A stretch of DNA of 51,373 nt from an uncultured Alphaproteobacteria bacterium (GCA_905236005.1 CAJONJ010000035.1:1-51373); one strand, 5' to 3'. Shown: positions 29,474 to 40,453, numbered from the stretch's first letter. Notes: a model not told the origin generated them from the letters alone. Numbers and translations: made by a program.

Positions 29474-31240
29474 ATGCAAAACAATAATACACGTCAAAAC
29501 AACAAAAAATCAGACAAAAAGCGGTCTGTTAAATCATATATTTTTGCCTTTTTCTTTAATGTTGGGTTAATAGGAATAGCTTTGGTTGGCTTGTATGTGT
29601 TATTTGTGTTTTTGCAGATGCCATCACTGGATGCGATTTTACATGAAACACGTGAACCAGCGATAATATTTCTGGATAAAAATGGTGCAGAAATTCGTTC
29701 AAATGGGCGAATAATGGGAATGCCTGTGTCTGTGGATACTTTACCACCACATGTATATCAGGCTATATTAGCCATCGAAGATAAAAATTTCTATAAACAT
29801 GGTGCGTTATCATATCGTGGGACATTTCGTGCTTTGTTTGTGAATTTGTTTCACAGAAAATTTGCAGCAGGTGGTTCAACTATAACACAACAAACCGCAA
29901 AGAATATATTTTTGTCACGTGAAAAGAAAGTGTCACGCAAAGTGCAAGAATTGATATTATCTTATTGGCTGGAAAACAGATTTACAAAAAATCAAATTTT
30001 AGATTTGTATATGAACAGGATATCTTTGGTTGGTGGGTTGCGTGGCATAGATGCTGCATCGTCTTTGTTGTTTGGCCATGGTGCAAATAAAATGTCTGTT
30101 GCAGAATCAGCACAAATTGCAGCTATGTTAAAAGCCCCCACTACATACAGCCCTTTTAAAAATCCAGAACGCAATATCAAACGTGCCAGAGCTGTGTTGA
30201 TTGAAATGGTGAAACAAGGCTATATAACTGTGAAAACAGCACAAAAGGCAGCCAAAGAATTGAAAGCTGTAACACCAAAATCAGATAAAAATATATATCG
30301 TTATTGGACTGATTTTGTTATGGATGAAATAGAATCTCGTATTGGAAATATAAATCAAGATTTATATGTGTATACTACTATGGATACAAAACTGCAAGCA
30401 CGAGTTGCCGCAAATTTATCTGATAAAATTGGTGAATATCAGGGGGCAATTGTTGCATTGGCACGTGATGGTGCGATATTTGCGATGGTTGGTGGTGATG
30501 ATTATCAAATCAGTCAATTTAATCGTGTTCTGGCTTTACGTCAGCCGGGGTCTGCGTTTAAACCAGTTGTGTATTTGGTTGCATTGGAACATGGTATGAC
30601 CCCAGAATCTTATGTTAATGATTCCCCATTTGCAATCGGTGATTATAACCCAAAAAATTATAATGACCATTATTATGGTGATATTACTTTGGCAACCGCT
30701 TTTGCCAGAAGTGTTAATTCTGTTCCTTTGAAATTAACAAAACAATATGGCATAGATTCTGTGTTAAATATGGCATCGCGTTTAGGAGTTGGAAACAAAT
30801 TAAAACGTGAATATTCAACTGTTCTGGGTGCATCAGAAATGAATTTATTGGATTTAACGACAATATATTCGGTTATTTGGAATGATGGCAAATCGGTCAG
30901 ACCATATTCAATTACAAAAATCACAGATGCAAAGGGTAACGTGATTTATGAACGTAATCCGTCTGATGAAATAACAATTTTGTCTGATACAACCGTAGAA
31001 TATATGAAACAGTTGTTGTACGATGTTGTTGTAAACGGAACAGGCAAACGTGCATATACTACCAACGTATTTGGTGGTAAAACAGGAACCAGCAATAATA
31101 ACAGGGACGCTTGGTTTGTGGGGGCAACATCTGATTATGTAATGGGGGTTTGGGTCGGTAAAGATGATTTTACACCTATGTCTTCAAAGATAACGGGTGG
31201 GGTATTACCTGCAACAATTTTCCATGATATTGTAAAATAA
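29474..31240 (+). CDS. class A penicillin-binding protein (PBP1A family)
   Basis: EDKNFYKHG, GGSTITQQ, RKVQE; SAFK, SVN, KTG. Confidence 0.93.
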   Translation: MQNNNTRQNNKKSDKKRSVKSYIFAFFFNVGLIGIALVGLYVLFVFLQMPSLDAILHETREPAIIFLDKNGAEIRSNGRIMGMPVSVDTLPPHVYQAILAIEDKNFYKHGALSYRGTFRALFVNLFHRKFAAGGSTITQQTAKNIFLSREKKVSRKVQELILSYWLENRFTKNQILDLYMNRISLVGGLRGIDAASSLLFGHGANKMSVAESAQIAAMLKAPTTYSPFKNPERNIKRARAVLIEMVKQGYITVKTAQKAAKELKAVTPKSDKNIYRYWTDFVMDEIESRIGNINQDLYVYTTMDTKLQARVAANLSDKIGEYQGAIVALARDGAIFAMVGGDDYQISQFNRVLALRQPGSAFKPVVYLVALEHGMTPESYVNDSPFAIGDYNPKNYNDHYYGDITLATAFARSVNSVPLKLTKQYGIDSVLNMASRLGVGNKLKREYSTVLGASEMNLLDLTTIYSVIWNDGKSVRPYSITKITDAKGNVIYERNPSDEITILSDTTVEYMKQLLYDVVVNGTGKRAYTTNVFGGKTGTSNNNRDAWFVGATSDYVMGVWVGKDDFTPMSSKITGGVLPATIFHDIVK

Positions 31241-31324
31241 TTGAAAATAGCGGGATTTTATTCTTGACAAAAAATTCACAGTATTATAGGATGTACACTA
31301 TCAACCACTTGGGAATTTTTTCCA

Positions 31325-31360
31325 ATGTATATGTTTGCGTTTAGTTTGAAAACAATTTAA
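31325..31360 (+). CDS. putative leader peptide MYMFAFSLKTI
   Basis: uORF within the structured ~130-nt leader downstream of TTGACA-17-TAGGAT (31264-31292). Confidence 0.3.
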   Translation: MYMFAFSLKTI

Positions 31361-31431
31361 CCATGGCAATCTGTCGGTGGACGGTTTGTCACAAGGATTT
31401 TTATATAAACACATATAAAAAAGGATTAAAG

Positions 31432-33222
31432 ATGCGAGTAAAAACTAAAAAACCAACCGGAACGTTGGTATTGCCTTCATCGCTGTGGTCTTTTTATAGA
31501 CAATATATGTTAAAACCATTTTTGGGTGTGCTGGTATCGTTTTTTCTAATAGATTTAATGGCCAACGGTGCGGGAATAATTTTTCCGTATATCCAAAAAT
31601 TAGTTGTCGGTATGTTTGAAGAGACTGTCCCAGAGGGTATGACGTTACTGCAATATTGTATGCCTACAATTTGGTTGATAGTATTTCTAAATATATTCAT
31701 ATCAGTGACAGAGTTTTTAGACAATGCCACTTGGTTTAATAATGAACCAAAAATTAGAAGAAAAATATCAGAAACATTGACCAATTATGTGCATAAACAA
31801 TCAATGTCTTTCTGGACTGGTAAAATGTCGGGGTCTATTAACGCTAAAATTGGTTATATTAGCGATGGTGTTATGATATTTGAAATGTGTTCAGATATTA
31901 TCGGCAGAATAATGATTGTATTGGTCAATGCTGGTATGTTGTTTACATTGAATAAAAATATCGCATACATATTTTCTATTGCATTTATATTGCGAGCTAT
32001 TTACATGTGGTCATTAAGAAACCGTATTAAAAAAACCAGTGCAGATGCATCTGATGCTAGAAGTTTTTTGAACGGCCAATTAGTGGACAGTTTTTCTAAT
32101 TATGCCATAGTTAAGTATTTTTCAGGTGCTAAAAAAGAAGAACAATCATTAAAAGAACCAAGAGATAAAGCTGTTAAAACCAGCGTTTTATCTTCTCGTA
32201 TGCAAAGATTATCTTGGGCATTACCCAGCATTTTGTGGGATATATTGTTCGGGACAATGATTGTATTGTGTGTGATATTGTATCAGCGTGGACAAATGCA
32301 GATTAAAGATATTGTATACAGTGTTTTTGTATATTTCTGGGTGATGGGTGCAATCAACGGAATCATTAATTTAATACCAGATATCATAAGCAAGATTGCG
32401 GATGCTAAAAAGGCATATAAAGATTTGGTTGTGCCTATTTCTGTAATGGATAAACCAAACGCCAAAGATTTGGTTGTAAAGAAAGGTATGATTGAATTGA
32501 AACATGTTGCGTTTGGTTATCGTAATCGTCCTGTGTTAACTGATTTAATGTTGCGTATTAAACCTGGTGAACGTGTTGGGGTTGTGGGACCATCTGGTGC
32601 AGGAAAATCAACATTAGTAAATCTGGTGATGCGTTTTTATGATCCAAAACATGGTCAGATTTTGATAGATGGACAAGATATCGCAAATGTTAAACAGGAT
32701 TCTTTGCGTTCGCAAATTGCATTTATACCACAAGATCCATCTATGTTTAACCGCACGATTGGTGAAAACATTGGATATGGTAAATTTGGTGCCAGTTTGG
32801 CTGAAATACGTCGTGCAGCAAAAAATGCGTCTGCTGATGAATTTATTATGGCAACCGAAAAGAAATATAATTCTTTGGTTGGTGACAGGGGAATCAAATT
32901 ATCTGGTGGTCAAAGACAGCGTATTGCGATTGCACGGGCTTTCTTGAAAGATGCCCCGATATTGATTTTAGACGAAGCGACATCTGCACTGGACAGTGAA
33001 ACAGAGATTACAATTCAAGAATCATTTGAAAAATTGTCAAAGGGCAGAACAACAATTGCGATTGCACATCGTTTATCAACTTTACGTAACATGGACAGGA
33101 TTATTGTTCTGGACCATGGTCAAATCGTAGAGCAAGGAACACATCAACAATTGCTGCGTCGCAAAGGTAAATATTATCAACTTTGGCAAATGCAATCTGG
33201 TGGATTTTTAACAACAAAATAA
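31432..33222 (+). CDS. ABC exporter, fused TMD-ATPase
   Basis: GPSGAGKST, LSGGQRQR, ILDEATS; AAGGA RBS before ATG 31432. Confidence 0.92.
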   Translation: MRVKTKKPTGTLVLPSSLWSFYRQYMLKPFLGVLVSFFLIDLMANGAGIIFPYIQKLVVGMFEETVPEGMTLLQYCMPTIWLIVFLNIFISVTEFLDNATWFNNEPKIRRKISETLTNYVHKQSMSFWTGKMSGSINAKIGYISDGVMIFEMCSDIIGRIMIVLVNAGMLFTLNKNIAYIFSIAFILRAIYMWSLRNRIKKTSADASDARSFLNGQLVDSFSNYAIVKYFSGAKKEEQSLKEPRDKAVKTSVLSSRMQRLSWALPSILWDILFGTMIVLCVILYQRGQMQIKDIVYSVFVYFWVMGAINGIINLIPDIISKIADAKKAYKDLVVPISVMDKPNAKDLVVKKGMIELKHVAFGYRNRPVLTDLMLRIKPGERVGVVGPSGAGKSTLVNLVMRFYDPKHGQILIDGQDIANVKQDSLRSQIAFIPQDPSMFNRTIGENIGYGKFGASLAEIRRAAKNASADEFIMATEKKYNSLVGDRGIKLSGGQRQRIAIARAFLKDAPILILDEATSALDSETEITIQESFEKLSKGRTTIAIAHRLSTLRNMDRIIVLDHGQIVEQGTHQQLLRRKGKYYQLWQMQSGGFLTTK

Positions 33223-33248
33223 AAAAACACCCATTTGGGTGTTTTTTT
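33222..33248. terminator. bidirectional terminator
   Basis: AAAAAACACCCA-TT-TGGGTGTTTTTT between convergent genes. Confidence 0.75.
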
Positions 33249-33519
33249 ATTTGCCACGAACTTTATCAAGTGTGTCTAAAATTTTTGTTTTCAGTTTTGT
33301 CCATTTACCGCCACTGAATAAACCGGGTTCAAACATCTTTATTTCATCTAATAAATCACGTAACATTAAATTCTGAGAGGTTAATAATTGAATAGTAAAA
33401 TTTTGTCCACGAATTTTATTTTCTTGGGTGGACATAATATCTTCTAACATCTTTAATTTTTTCAGCAGTTCTTCTCTGGATAATGTTTCGTCTTTTTTGC
33501 CAATTGGTTGATTTGCCAT
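33247..33519 (-). CDS. hypothetical coiled-coil protein
   Basis: ORF with AAGGTG RBS and heptad-like leucines. Confidence 0.6.
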   Translation of the reverse strand: MANQPIGKKDETLSREELLKKLKMLEDIMSTQENKIRGQNFTIQLLTSQNLMLRDLLDEIKMFEPGLFSGGKWTKLKTKILDTLDKVRGK

Positions 33520-33659
33520 AGTATGCACCTTTCGTTGTTATTATATTCAAATTAGCAATTTTTTTAGTAATATCAAGATTTTTTTATTTTTATTTATTTA
33601 ATTTGCTTTTTTGGTTTTATATTGCTATGCTATTGCCCACAAGAGAGTGAAATTTATAT

Positions 33660-34673
33660 ATGTCTATCAAAGCAAGACGTTTATTTAAAAAAATTATAAG
33701 TTACGCAGGCCTGTTTTTCTTTGTGTTGGCGGCAGGCATGCTGTATTGGCAATTAAAGAAATATTCTTTGCATGATATTGTACACGCATTGTGGAATATC
33801 CCACTGCATGATTTGTTCTTTGCGTGCGTATCTTGTTTTTGTGGGTATTTAGCTTTGTCTTTGTATGATTATTTGGCACTGGATTACGTGGACAGAAAAG
33901 TTTCGTGGTGGAAATGGATGCTGGCTGGTATGCTGGGGTTTGCAATCAGTAATAACGCAGGCAGTGCACTGGTCAGTGGCGGTGCAATTCGGTATCGTTT
34001 GTATACTCGTTGGCGTGTTCCAGGCAGTGATATTATCAAAATGTTGACTTTTTCTGGTATAACATATTTTTTGGGTGCCGCAGCAATTGCTATTATTGGT
34101 TTTTTCTTGATACCACAGGATATAATGGCTAATTCTATCGGTATGAGTGGTTTGTTTGCGACCTGTGTGGTATTGGTGTTGGTTTACTTTGGGCTAACCC
34201 TGTTTTTTAGAAATAAAAGCATTAAAATCGGGCAAATTTTATTCAAAGTTCCAACAACTAAAACAGCAATTATTCAAATGATACTTGGTATTTTGGATTC
34301 TGTATGTGCGGGTTTGGTGCTGTATTTCTGTATTCGCACATATATAGATATGCCGTTTCCTGTATTTATCGGATTGTATGTAATTGCAATGGTGGCTGGT
34401 ATTTTCAGTCAGGTGCCTGGCGGTATAGGTGTCTTTGAATCTATATTTATGGTGGTTTTACCAGATGATATTGACAAAGCCAATATTTTCGGCGCGTTGT
34501 TAGCATACAGAATCATATATTATGTGTTGCCTTTGATTGGTGCAGGCAGTTTGTTCTTTGTTTATGAACGTTGGTTGCGGGCTCGTATGAAGCGTTGGTT
34601 GGCAGAAGCAAAACAGAAATTACCAAATCTGTCATTTCCGCATAAAAAGCACAAATTGCAAAATAACGAATAA
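33660..34673 (+). CDS. lysylphosphatidylglycerol synthase TM (MprF flippase-like) domain protein
   Basis: YDYLAL, SGGAIRYRLY, SQVPGGIGVFE, LLAYRIIYY. Confidence 0.85.
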   Translation: MSIKARRLFKKIISYAGLFFFVLAAGMLYWQLKKYSLHDIVHALWNIPLHDLFFACVSCFCGYLALSLYDYLALDYVDRKVSWWKWMLAGMLGFAISNNAGSALVSGGAIRYRLYTRWRVPGSDIIKMLTFSGITYFLGAAAIAIIGFFLIPQDIMANSIGMSGLFATCVVLVLVYFGLTLFFRNKSIKIGQILFKVPTTKTAIIQMILGILDSVCAGLVLYFCIRTYIDMPFPVFIGLYVIAMVAGIFSQVPGGIGVFESIFMVVLPDDIDKANIFGALLAYRIIYYVLPLIGAGSLFFVYERWLRARMKRWLAEAKQKLPNLSFPHKKHKLQNNE

Positions 34674-34881
34674 AAACACCTTGCCTTTGCATATATCGTC
34701 TGCTATTCTTTTATGTGCTGTATAAAATGGGGTGAATAGTTGATATTTTTATTCTCGCTGTTTTCTTTAATACGAATTATGCCTTTGATTATTGCGGCAT
34801 ATTTCCTTGGCATGGGCTGGACGGCCCCATGGGAACGTATTATTTCCATTTCATACGCCTATAAAATAAAAGGATTATTAA

Positions 34882-36681
34882 ATGTCAAAAAAGATATATG
34901 TGGATGGTGTTCATCCAGAAGAAACACGGGTGGTGGTGGTAGATACCGCTACGAATCGTGTGTCTGATTTTGACGTAGAAACAACCACAAAACCGCAGAT
35001 AAAAGGAAATATCTATCTGGCAAAGGTTATACGTGTGGAACCGTCGCTTCAGGCAGCGTTTGTGGATTACGGAACTGGTAAAAATGGATTTTTGCCATTT
35101 TCTGAAATTCATCCGGATTATTATCAGGTAACACCTGAACAAAAGAAAAAATTAATTGAATTAGCACATGCGAACATCGTTGATGACGATGACGATCCAA
35201 ATGATGAAGAAGACGAAATTGCAGAATATGATGATCACAGTGCTGGCGAAGATAACAAAGAATTTTTGAAACGTGCAAACGAATTTAAAATTCAAGACGT
35301 TATCAAACCTAAGCAAATTTTATTGGTCCAAGGTGTCAAAGAAGAACGTGGACAAAAGGGTGCATCTATGACAACGTATTTGTCATTGGCTGGCCGTTTT
35401 GCTGTGTTGATGCCTAATTCCAGAAAACGTAACAGTTATGGTATTTCAAAGAAAATATCTGACAAAACGGAACGTGCCAGATTGCGTGAAATACTGCATG
35501 CTTTGAAAATACCAAAGGGTATGACGGTGGTTTTAAGAACTGCTGCTCAGGATGCAGGTTCGGATGAAATTACCAAAGATTACGAATATTTGACTACTTT
35601 GTGGAATGAAATTCGTAAAACGACTTTGGAATCTGTTGCCCCGGTTACAATTCATACAGAAGATTCTTTGTTACGTCGTGTTGTTCGGGATTTTATATCC
35701 GACAAAGAAGACGTGATGTATGTCCAAGGTGAAGAAGCTTTTGATGAAGCTAAATCATATTTTCAACAAATGTATGGTCGGGCACCACGTAAACAACTGG
35801 TTCAATACAAAGATACAGCTGTTCCTTTGATGACCAAAGCGGGCATTGAAAAACAACTAGAAGGGTTGCATGGGCCATACGTAACATTGCCATCTGGTGG
35901 TTCTATTGTTATCAACCAGACAGAAGCAATGGTTACAATTGACGTTAATTCTTCACGTGCAATCAAAGAAAAAGACATTGAACAAACCGCATTGAATACT
36001 AATTTAGAAGCAGCAGAAGAAATCGCACTGCAATTACGTTTGCGTGATTTAGCTGGGATTGTTGCAATTGATTTCATTGACATGGAAGACGAAAAAAACA
36101 ATCGTAAATTGGAACAGAAAATGCGTGAAGTCATGAAACATGACAGAGCACGTACCCAAGTTGCGAAAATCAATCCATTTGGTGTGTTGATGTTATCTCG
36201 TCAAAGATTACGCAGCAGTTTTATTGAATCTTCGTATGTCGTTTGTCCGCATTGTATGGGGGCAGGTGTGGTTCCAAGTATTCAGACGGCTTCTATTATA
36301 TTGTTCCGTCATTTACAGGAAAAATTACTAGCAAAAGCGGCACAGAAAATTATTATGACTGTACCAACTGATGTTGCGATTTATTTGTTAAATCAAAAAC
36401 GTGCTGAATTAGCTGCTATGGAAAAAGAATTTGAAACAGAGATTGTCATTGTTGGTGATGACAGTTTAATGAACATAGATCAGTATTCAATTCAACGTGT
36501 TGCAACAGAAAATGTTAAAACAGATGATGTGTTATCTGCACATGAACCATCAACAGATGCAAAAAAGAAAAGTGCAGAACATACGGAAGCAAAACGTATA
36601 ACAACGACTGCATCACGTCATCGTAAGCCAATCAAAAAAGCACAAAAGAAAAAATCTTTGTGGAAAAAATTGGTTGGATAA
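34882..36681 (+). CDS. rne: ribonuclease E (Rne/Rng family)
   Basis: HPEETRVVV, RVEPSLQAAFVDYG, KEERGQKGA, IDVNS, LRLRDLAG..IDFIDM, CPHC. Confidence 0.93.
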   Translation: MSKKIYVDGVHPEETRVVVVDTATNRVSDFDVETTTKPQIKGNIYLAKVIRVEPSLQAAFVDYGTGKNGFLPFSEIHPDYYQVTPEQKKKLIELAHANIVDDDDDPNDEEDEIAEYDDHSAGEDNKEFLKRANEFKIQDVIKPKQILLVQGVKEERGQKGASMTTYLSLAGRFAVLMPNSRKRNSYGISKKISDKTERARLREILHALKIPKGMTVVLRTAAQDAGSDEITKDYEYLTTLWNEIRKTTLESVAPVTIHTEDSLLRRVVRDFISDKEDVMYVQGEEAFDEAKSYFQQMYGRAPRKQLVQYKDTAVPLMTKAGIEKQLEGLHGPYVTLPSGGSIVINQTEAMVTIDVNSSRAIKEKDIEQTALNTNLEAAEEIALQLRLRDLAGIVAIDFIDMEDEKNNRKLEQKMREVMKHDRARTQVAKINPFGVLMLSRQRLRSSFIESSYVVCPHCMGAGVVPSIQTASIILFRHLQEKLLAKAAQKIIMTVPTDVAIYLLNQKRAELAAMEKEFETEIVIVGDDSLMNIDQYSIQRVATENVKTDDVLSAHEPSTDAKKKSAEHTEAKRITTTASRHRKPIKKAQKKKSLWKKLVG

Positions 36682-36790
36682 CAATCAAAAAAACACCGTC
36701 AAAAAATGGCGGTGTTTTTTTGATATCTGTCACATACATGATATAAAAAATACCCACAATTGTGGGTATTTTATAACTGTTATGTATATA

Positions 36791-36934
36791 TTATCTGCCA
36801 CAGCTACCAATCCATTTAGAAATGGAAATGTCTTTGTGTAACAAGAAATCATATTCACAGTTGCCAGATTTATAAGAACCTGTGCAAGCAGCCAATGTCA
36901 AAACAGCAAACAATGCTAATAATACTTTTTTCAT
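36791..36934 (-). CDS. small lipoprotein, YhfL/DUF4223-like (47 aa, absent from ORF track)
   Basis: MKKVLLALFAVLTLAAC lipobox; NCEYDFLLHKDISISKWIGSCG; AAGGAG RBS; terminator at 36746-36772. Confidence 0.85.
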   Translation of the reverse strand: MKKVLLALFAVLTLAACTGSYKSGNCEYDFLLHKDISISKWIGSCGR

Positions 36935-37000
36935 ATTTTCTCCTTTTAGGTTTTTACCCGGAACACATTATGATATAAATCCTAATAATTTTCAAGTTTT

Positions 37001-38299
37001 TTATTTCTTTAATATATCACCAGATTTTATATATTCCGGAGAATCTTTTTTTGCTTTTTTACGTGCCAATTTTGCATATTTTTTTGCGTTTTTTTCATCG
37101 TTGTTCATTTTGTAAAATTCCGCCATTGCCCAATCTGATGTTGAACCATCAGTAACACGTGCCAAAATCCAATAAGCCAACGGGGATGGTTCTGTTAAAA
37201 TAACACGCTTGCATAATTCTTTTGCACGTTCTGTATCACCATTTTTATTACGTTCAGCCAATACCACAGCCAAAGCGGTTTCAATTTGTGGGGCATTATT
37301 TGATAATTTTAAACTGTGTTCGTATGCTTCAACACTGTCGTCATAATGACCATATTGATATTCTATATCACCCAAGACTTCATAAAAATACGGTGATTCA
37401 GAATTACGTTTTATCAGTGTTTGAATACCTGTTTTTGCCATATCCAGATTACCTGCACGCATATTAGCAATTGCACGTGCATAAACAGCAGCATCTGATT
37501 TATCTTTGTATGGATACAAAGTAATTACATTTTTATCGTTATTTAAATATCCAATCAATTTAGCTCGCAATATTTCATAATTTGCGTTTTCTTTTGAAAT
37601 TTGATTTTTTGATTTTGTTGGAATGTTTTTTATTTTTGCAATCTTAGTTTTTGCATTATTTAATCGTTCGCTGGTCAAAGGGTGGTTGATTCTGTTTGGG
37701 TTAACACGTGTTTCAAATGCGTTTTGCATTTCGTGCATTTGTTCAAAAACTTCTATCAATCCATTTGGATTTTCGTCTGCCTTTACCATCAAATCAACAG
37801 CCAAATCATCAGCCATACGTTCTTCATCTCGTGAAAAAGAAAGCATGGATTGCTGAGCAATTCCAGCAGAACCAGCCAATACACCTGCACCCGCAGACGG
37901 ATTGCCGCCTGCAACCATCAATCCTATACCCAGTGCTTGAATAATCATGGTGCGTATCATTTCAGATTGCATTCTGTCTGCAATTTGAATTATATGTCCA
38001 CCGATTGTATGTCCTAATTCGTGTGCCACAACCGCACGCAAAGCATTAGGTGATTTTATGCGTTTTAATAATCCTGTATAAATAAATACATCTTCACCGC
38101 CACGCACAAAGGCATTAAAATTATCATCATTTATAATGTATATTTTTAAACGATTTTCTGGAATCTTAGCGGCTTTTGCGATTGGTTTGATAATTTCTGT
38201 AATGCCAGATTCTATTTCTGTGTCGTTTATCAATGTTGCTGCGTTCACATTAAACACAGATATAACAGATATTAAAACAGCAAATATTATACGTTTCAT
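37001..38299 (-). CDS. M48 family metalloprotease with TPR (BepA/YfgC-like)
   Basis: Signal peptide, NAF, AHELGH, FSRDEE..AD, HP. Confidence 0.88.
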   Translation of the reverse strand: MKRIIFAVLISVISVFNVNAATLINDTEIESGITEIIKPIAKAAKIPENRLKIYIINDDNFNAFVRGGEDVFIYTGLLKRIKSPNALRAVVAHELGHTIGGHIIQIADRMQSEMIRTMIIQALGIGLMVAGGNPSAGAGVLAGSAGIAQQSMLSFSRDEERMADDLAVDLMVKADENPNGLIEVFEQMHEMQNAFETRVNPNRINHPLTSERLNNAKTKIAKIKNIPTKSKNQISKENANYEILRAKLIGYLNNDKNVITLYPYKDKSDAAVYARAIANMRAGNLDMAKTGIQTLIKRNSESPYFYEVLGDIEYQYGHYDDSVEAYEHSLKLSNNAPQIETALAVVLAERNKNGDTERAKELCKRVILTEPSPLAYWILARVTDGSTSDWAMAEFYKMNNDEKNAKKYAKLARKKAKKDSPEYIKSGDILKK

Positions 38300-38300
38300 T

Positions 38301-40367
38301 TTATGCACCTGCTGTTACAGCACAATCAAAAATCTGACGCAACTGTGCAGCCCAATTTTCATCATCACTATTATTATTCATCGCAGCAGTTTGAGCCAAC
38401 CGGAATAAATCCCGATGTTCACGATAATTTACAAAATGATATTGAATCCAGCCACTTTGTTTTGTCCCCAACAATTCGCCCACACCACGCATCATCAAAT
38501 CTTGTTCGGCAATTACGAACCCGTCTTCTGTTTCGCATAATACATCCAAGCGTTTTAAACCATCGGGTGTTATGTTGTTTCCGTAAAGTAATATACAATA
38601 AGATTGCAAAGCCCCACGTCCAACACGTCCACGTAATTGATGCAAAGCCGCCAATCCAAATCTTTCTGCGTTTTCAATAACCATTATCGTCGCAGATGGC
38701 ACATCTATACCGACTTCTATGACAGTGGTAGAAACCAAAATTCGCATATCAGAATCAGGATTTGCAAATTCTGCCATTACTTTGTCACGTTCTTTTTTAT
38801 CCATTTGCCCATGGCATAACCCGACATGTGAAAATCTTTTGTTTAATTCTTCATATCTGGATTGGGCAGCAGTCATATCAGAAATCTCTGATTCAGAAAC
38901 CAATGGACATACCCAAAACACTTTTGCACCATTTTCAATTTGCGGGGCAATTCTTTCAATCAAATCATTTGTCCGTAATACAGGAATTTTAGATGTTTTA
39001 ATTGGAATACGACCAGCAGGTTTTTCGTTTATAATCGATATATCCATATCACCATAAATTGTCATAGACAAAGTGCGTGGAATAGGGGTTGCAGACAAAG
39101 CTAACATATCAGGATTATTGCCTTTTGCACGCATAGCGTTTCTTTGTGCCACACCAAATCTGTGTTGTTCATCAATTATAACCAGACCCAAATCTTTGTA
39201 TTCTACATCATCTGAAAACAAAGCATGTGTTCCAATAGCTATTTTCGTCCGACCTGATTTCAAAGAAATCAATTTTTGATTGCGTCCTGCACCTTTGTCT
39301 CGCCCTGTCAAAACATCACACACCAAACCCAGTTTTTCGCACAAGGGTGCTAATTTATTAAAATGTTGTTGTGCCAATGTATCTGTTGGTGCCAGTAATA
39401 CTGTTTGAGCCCCAGTTTCAGCCATTTTTACAGCCGCAGCCATAGCAACCATCGTTTTGCCTGAACCCACGTCACCTTGAACCAAACGCATCATTGGGAC
39501 AGGTTTTTTGAAATCAGCAAATATTTCATCAATCGTTCGTTGTTGAGCACCAGTCAAATGAAATGGCAAAATCTCATAAAATTTATCTAATAAATCATAT
39601 TTTTTCGCACGCACAGGTCGTTGGTTCTTTAAAGTTTTGCGATTGCGTCTGTTGATTGCAATAGCTGTCTGGTGTGCCAGTAATTCACAGTAAGCCAGCT
39701 TTGCCATGTAAATTCCATTCGGAGCCAAATCATCATTTGTTTCTGGATAATGAACATGTTCCAAAGCATCCAAAAATTCTAGCATTCTGTCAGATAAAAC
39801 ATGTGCGGTAATACGTTCGTGTATTATATTGAAAATTTGGTCACGAATATTAGAAAATGTTTTCTGAGTTAATCCTTCGCCTGATGGGTAAATTGCCTGA
39901 TGTTTTGGAATCTTGTATGCGTTTTCAGGTGTTTCTATAAATTCAGGGTGATTGATAATTGCACCGTTTTTATTTGAAAAATCTAAACGTCCACTGACAA
40001 TTCGCCATTGACCGACTGGTAATTTTTCAGTCCAATAATCTAAATAATTCACATTGAAAAATTGTATAGTAACAGGTGCAGCAAATTTATCATTACAAAT
40101 AATCTGGGTTGGTAATCTGCGGCCACGAAACATGCCACCACGTTTATGCGATTTTACCATCAAAGATATAGTAATCGTATCCCCAGGTTGTGCATTTGTC
40201 ACAGAATCTAGAATTTCACGTGGGCGAACATAAGACGGTGCATGTAACAAAAAATCCAGAACCCTGCGACCATCTAAAACATCATTGAATTTAGACGCCA
40301 ACACAGGTCCCACACCATGTATAAATTGCAAATCAGTATTAAAAAAATCCAAGATTTCTTTGTCCAT
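38301..40367 (-). CDS. recG: ATP-dependent DNA helicase RecG
   Basis: QGDVGSGKT, DEQHRFG, SATPIPRT, LHQLRGRVGRG. Confidence 0.96.
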   Translation of the reverse strand: MDKEILDFFNTDLQFIHGVGPVLASKFNDVLDGRRVLDFLLHAPSYVRPREILDSVTNAQPGDTITISLMVKSHKRGGMFRGRRLPTQIICNDKFAAPVTIQFFNVNYLDYWTEKLPVGQWRIVSGRLDFSNKNGAIINHPEFIETPENAYKIPKHQAIYPSGEGLTQKTFSNIRDQIFNIIHERITAHVLSDRMLEFLDALEHVHYPETNDDLAPNGIYMAKLAYCELLAHQTAIAINRRNRKTLKNQRPVRAKKYDLLDKFYEILPFHLTGAQQRTIDEIFADFKKPVPMMRLVQGDVGSGKTMVAMAAAVKMAETGAQTVLLAPTDTLAQQHFNKLAPLCEKLGLVCDVLTGRDKGAGRNQKLISLKSGRTKIAIGTHALFSDDVEYKDLGLVIIDEQHRFGVAQRNAMRAKGNNPDMLALSATPIPRTLSMTIYGDMDISIINEKPAGRIPIKTSKIPVLRTNDLIERIAPQIENGAKVFWVCPLVSESEISDMTAAQSRYEELNKRFSHVGLCHGQMDKKERDKVMAEFANPDSDMRILVSTTVIEVGIDVPSATIMVIENAERFGLAALHQLRGRVGRGALQSYCILLYGNNITPDGLKRLDVLCETEDGFVIAEQDLMMRGVGELLGTKQSGWIQYHFVNYREHRDLFRLAQTAAMNNNSDDENWAAQLRQIFDCAVTAGA

Positions 40368-40406
40368 ACTGTATATGCTAGCAGAAAAAAGGTATCATGT
40401 TCAATA

Positions 40407-40438
40407 AAAAAACTGGCGGTAAACCGCCAGTAATTTTT
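40407..40438 (-). terminator. intrinsic terminator after ackA
   Basis: ACTGGCGG-TAAA-CCGCCAGT with A-run on the plus strand. Confidence 0.75.
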
Positions 40439-40453
40439 GCCGAAACCAGACAA

